Below, piece after piece: positions 61,238-64,000 of a stretch of DNA of 64,000 nt. Numbering within the stretch: the first letter of the stretch is position 1; each line of letters opens with the position of its first letter. This stretch comes from Eledone cirrhosa (lineage: Eukaryota), in assembly GCA_964016885.1 (NCBI GenBank), contig OZ024745.1:37262001-37326000 (forward strand). Direction: 5' to 3'. Under the pieces are notes generated by a model. The model saw only the letters and a list, made by a program, of their open reading frames with translations. It made no database searches and was not told the DNA's origin. The translations under genes were made by a program, and so were the position numbers.

Positions 61238-61895
61238 TATGAAAAACATGGGGAGAAGAATACTGCATGGTTGCACATGGATTATATATTATAAAATTAG
61301 TCCCTCATCAGTGATTTGCCAACGATCATTGGTATTTCATCGCATTAAAAATCAGGTTGGTGCGAGCAATAACTAAAATAAGCTATTGGGACAAGTGAGT
61401 CGCGTAAAGCGAGTGAGACAAGTAAACAACATAGAAGGAAAAGCAAACCGAAGATCGAAAATAAACAAGCAACATGGTTATCCGATCAGCATAAGCTGGG
61501 TGAATTTCAAGAGCGCTCAGAAAACAGACCTTTCGCTGTGAATGGGATGTGAGAAAGAAAGAATCCCACTCCTAGCGAACGGGAGGAAGTGAGAAGGGGA
61601 GAGACAGAGAGTGAGTGAGTGGAAGTGCGAGGAAGAGGTCAGTCGAGAGAAAGTGTTAACTGACAGAGGGGACGAAAGAAGGTAAGAGAAACAGAGAGAA
61701 CGGGGGAGCAGTAAGAGAGAAAGAGAGAAACAGATAATCGCAGTTTAGGTAAATATATATGAAAAACATGGGGAGAAGAATACTGCATGGTTGCACATGG
61801 ATTACATATTATAAAATTAGTCCCTCATCAGTGATTTGCCAACGATCATTGGTATTGCATCGCATTAAAAATCATATACCTCAGGTTGGTTCGAG

Positions 61896-61899
<4 letters not shown>
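61238..61899. repeat. About 135-bp direct repeat pair 520 bp apart
   Basis: 61238-61371 is similar to 61758-61899; each copy is preceded by TA dinucleotides and contains CTGATGA on the - strand. Confidence 0.85.
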
Positions 61900-61943
<44 letters not shown>

Positions 61944-62035
61944 TTCTCTCTCTATTTGAATCTACTATGATTTGGGCTGACCTTATTCCTATATATATGT
62001 TTTTGCTTGTCAGATTCAAACTTACAATGATTGGC

Positions 62036-62118
<83 letters not shown>

Positions 62119-62553
62119 TGGAGGACTACGTTTAAAAATATTGCCGGATGAAGGGAGCCACCTACATATAGAATGCTATCATTTAATTTTTATAATGAAT
62201 AAATAGCATTTTCAAAAAATACATAAGTGGAAACAAAACAGTCCAATCAAATTTTTGCGGAAAAATATCTTACCTTCTCCAATAAAAAACATTATGTATT
62301 TTGCGAAATCCAGAGACTTTCAATAATGACCTTTGGTTTTTCACACTTACTCAATATATATATATATATGTATGTATATGTGTGTGTATTTATCTATCAA
62401 TCTATCTATCTATTTTATTGTATTAATAGTTTTATCTTCATATACATGTATGTAAACTCCCCATTTGTATTTGTCCCCTTCTTTTGTGCCCTGTGGCTAA
62501 TACAGAAATTTATCTATTTATCTATCTGTCTATCTATCGATCCATCTATCTAT

Positions 62554-62602
<49 letters not shown>

Positions 62603-62605
<3 letters not shown>

Positions 62606-62872
62606 GATATTAGTAAATGGAAACTATATTTATAAAACCATATTTATTTCATTATACATATTTCAGGGATACCAAATTAAATTATGGTATGCCTTCATCA
62701 GACAAAATATAATATATAACAGTTTTACAAATAAGCTTTGACGTACCCTATTAAAATGCAACCATTGTTTTTGGAAGCCATCCGTATATCTACTCCAAAT
62801 ACTTGTCGAGTGCTTTATATCAGTTATAAAAATATTTACTTGTTGTATCACAAGAATTTTAAATAGAACTTT

Positions 62873-62875
<3 letters not shown>
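62603..62875 (+). mobile_element. Second copy of the 240-626 cassette, lacking the direct arm
   Basis: Near-identical inverted arm and tail, joined at ccgtatat; in (TA)n. Confidence 0.8.
62645..62709 (-). ncRNA. Type I hammerhead ribozyme
   Basis: Same motif as 283-347. Confidence 0.75.
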
Positions 62876-62954
<79 letters not shown>

Positions 62955-63036
62955 AATATACACACCACCTTCACCACTAATTGATTTGACAGATGTTTAA
63001 CACATTGACACCAAATATTATTTGGTCAGTAGTTCG

Positions 63037-63096
<60 letters not shown>

Positions 63097-63098
63097 CG

Positions 63099-63129
<31 letters not shown>

Positions 63130-63747
63130 CTTGTGTGTATGTGTTTATATATGTATGTTTGCATGCATGAATGAATACACTAAGCTTTAGATTTAGTAGA
63201 ATGTACAACCACTGATTCTAGTTATTTGCACTATCGTATATTTTGGTTTCTAGTAATTCCCTGGGGAATTGGTTGACCAAATGCTTTGCTTAATTGTTTT
63301 ATTTATTCAAAAAAAGATTTATTCTTTCTTTTAGATTTCAGGTATTTTTTGAAAGCAAAGCATTGGTCTCTAAAATACTACAGTGGCCCCTGCAATGCTA
63401 CTGTGGGCTCTTGCAATGCTACCGTGGGCGCCCTGGAGCCCACTTGCCATTGGACAACTTGGCAATCTGACTAGTCTGCCACTGTATGGCAATTCCTAGC
63501 CTGATTGTAGCATGGCATTAACGCTGACTTTTCTTCTATCTTTCTGTCTTGTTTTTCTCTTTGATTGGGAGGTTAGTAGCACAGTATAAGCTTTCGGCCC
63601 CTCACCAGATAGACTTAAGTAGACCGAATAGCCAGCACTTGAGGGGCAACCGGCTAAAGTGGAAGATGCTAGATGGTCGGACGTCCTCGGGTCTATGATT
63701 TTCAGCCCCATGGATTTTATCTGTTAGATTCATTTATTATATTTCGA

Positions 63748-63805
63748 ATACCTGATGATATCACCGGATTCATACGGAACCCGGTCATTGAAATGATCAT
63801 AGTAT
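63748..63805 (+). ncRNA. Type I hammerhead ribozyme
   Basis: atac-CTGATGA-tatcaccgg..ccggtcatt-GAAA-tgatca-TA-gtat, then AATAAA; palindromic atgatcat stem III. Confidence 0.8.
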
Positions 63806-64000
63806 AATAAACCTTTCGAGGATTTACACAAGTCCAGCCTCCTGTTATTTTATTATAATAATTAACTCCGTACTCGCACCACCAACTACACAAACGAAGA
63901 CGGTTGAGCTGCATTAGGTTGAGTACTCTCCATATTATTACATCAAGATTGACCATACAGAATGAGCAACTCTATCCAGTGGTGAACCTTCAAACCTAAA

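Overview
AT-rich, microsatellite-saturated animal DNA; the SINE families and repeat style suggest a cephalopod (Octopus-like) genome, which is inference only. Almost all ORFs in the track are (TA)n/(CA)n artefacts. Supported content: (1) a spliced 3-exon, 134-aa helix-loop-helix gene with no clear basic region (ID/emc-like; 34122-43538, +), largely missed by the ORF track. (2) An uninterrupted but 5'-truncated Penelope-like element (RT + GIY-YIG; 54133-56019, -) and an older decayed one (about 7100-8535). (3) A Tx1/L1-type RT joined to an unrelated-looking LINE 5' end, an RTE fragment, mariner/Tigger/hAT MITEs, many tRNA-SINEs and a 36-bp minisatellite. The main hidden signal is about 12 foldable type-I hammerhead ribozyme motifs, plus several fragments, from many sequence-unrelated families. 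Most lie in short non-coding fold-back (palindromic) cassettes inserted in or beside (TA)n tracts, and some lie on the sense strand of the HLH gene introns. Large inverted duplications of flanking DNA surround the Penelope ORF. All structures were folded by eye and no searches were run.
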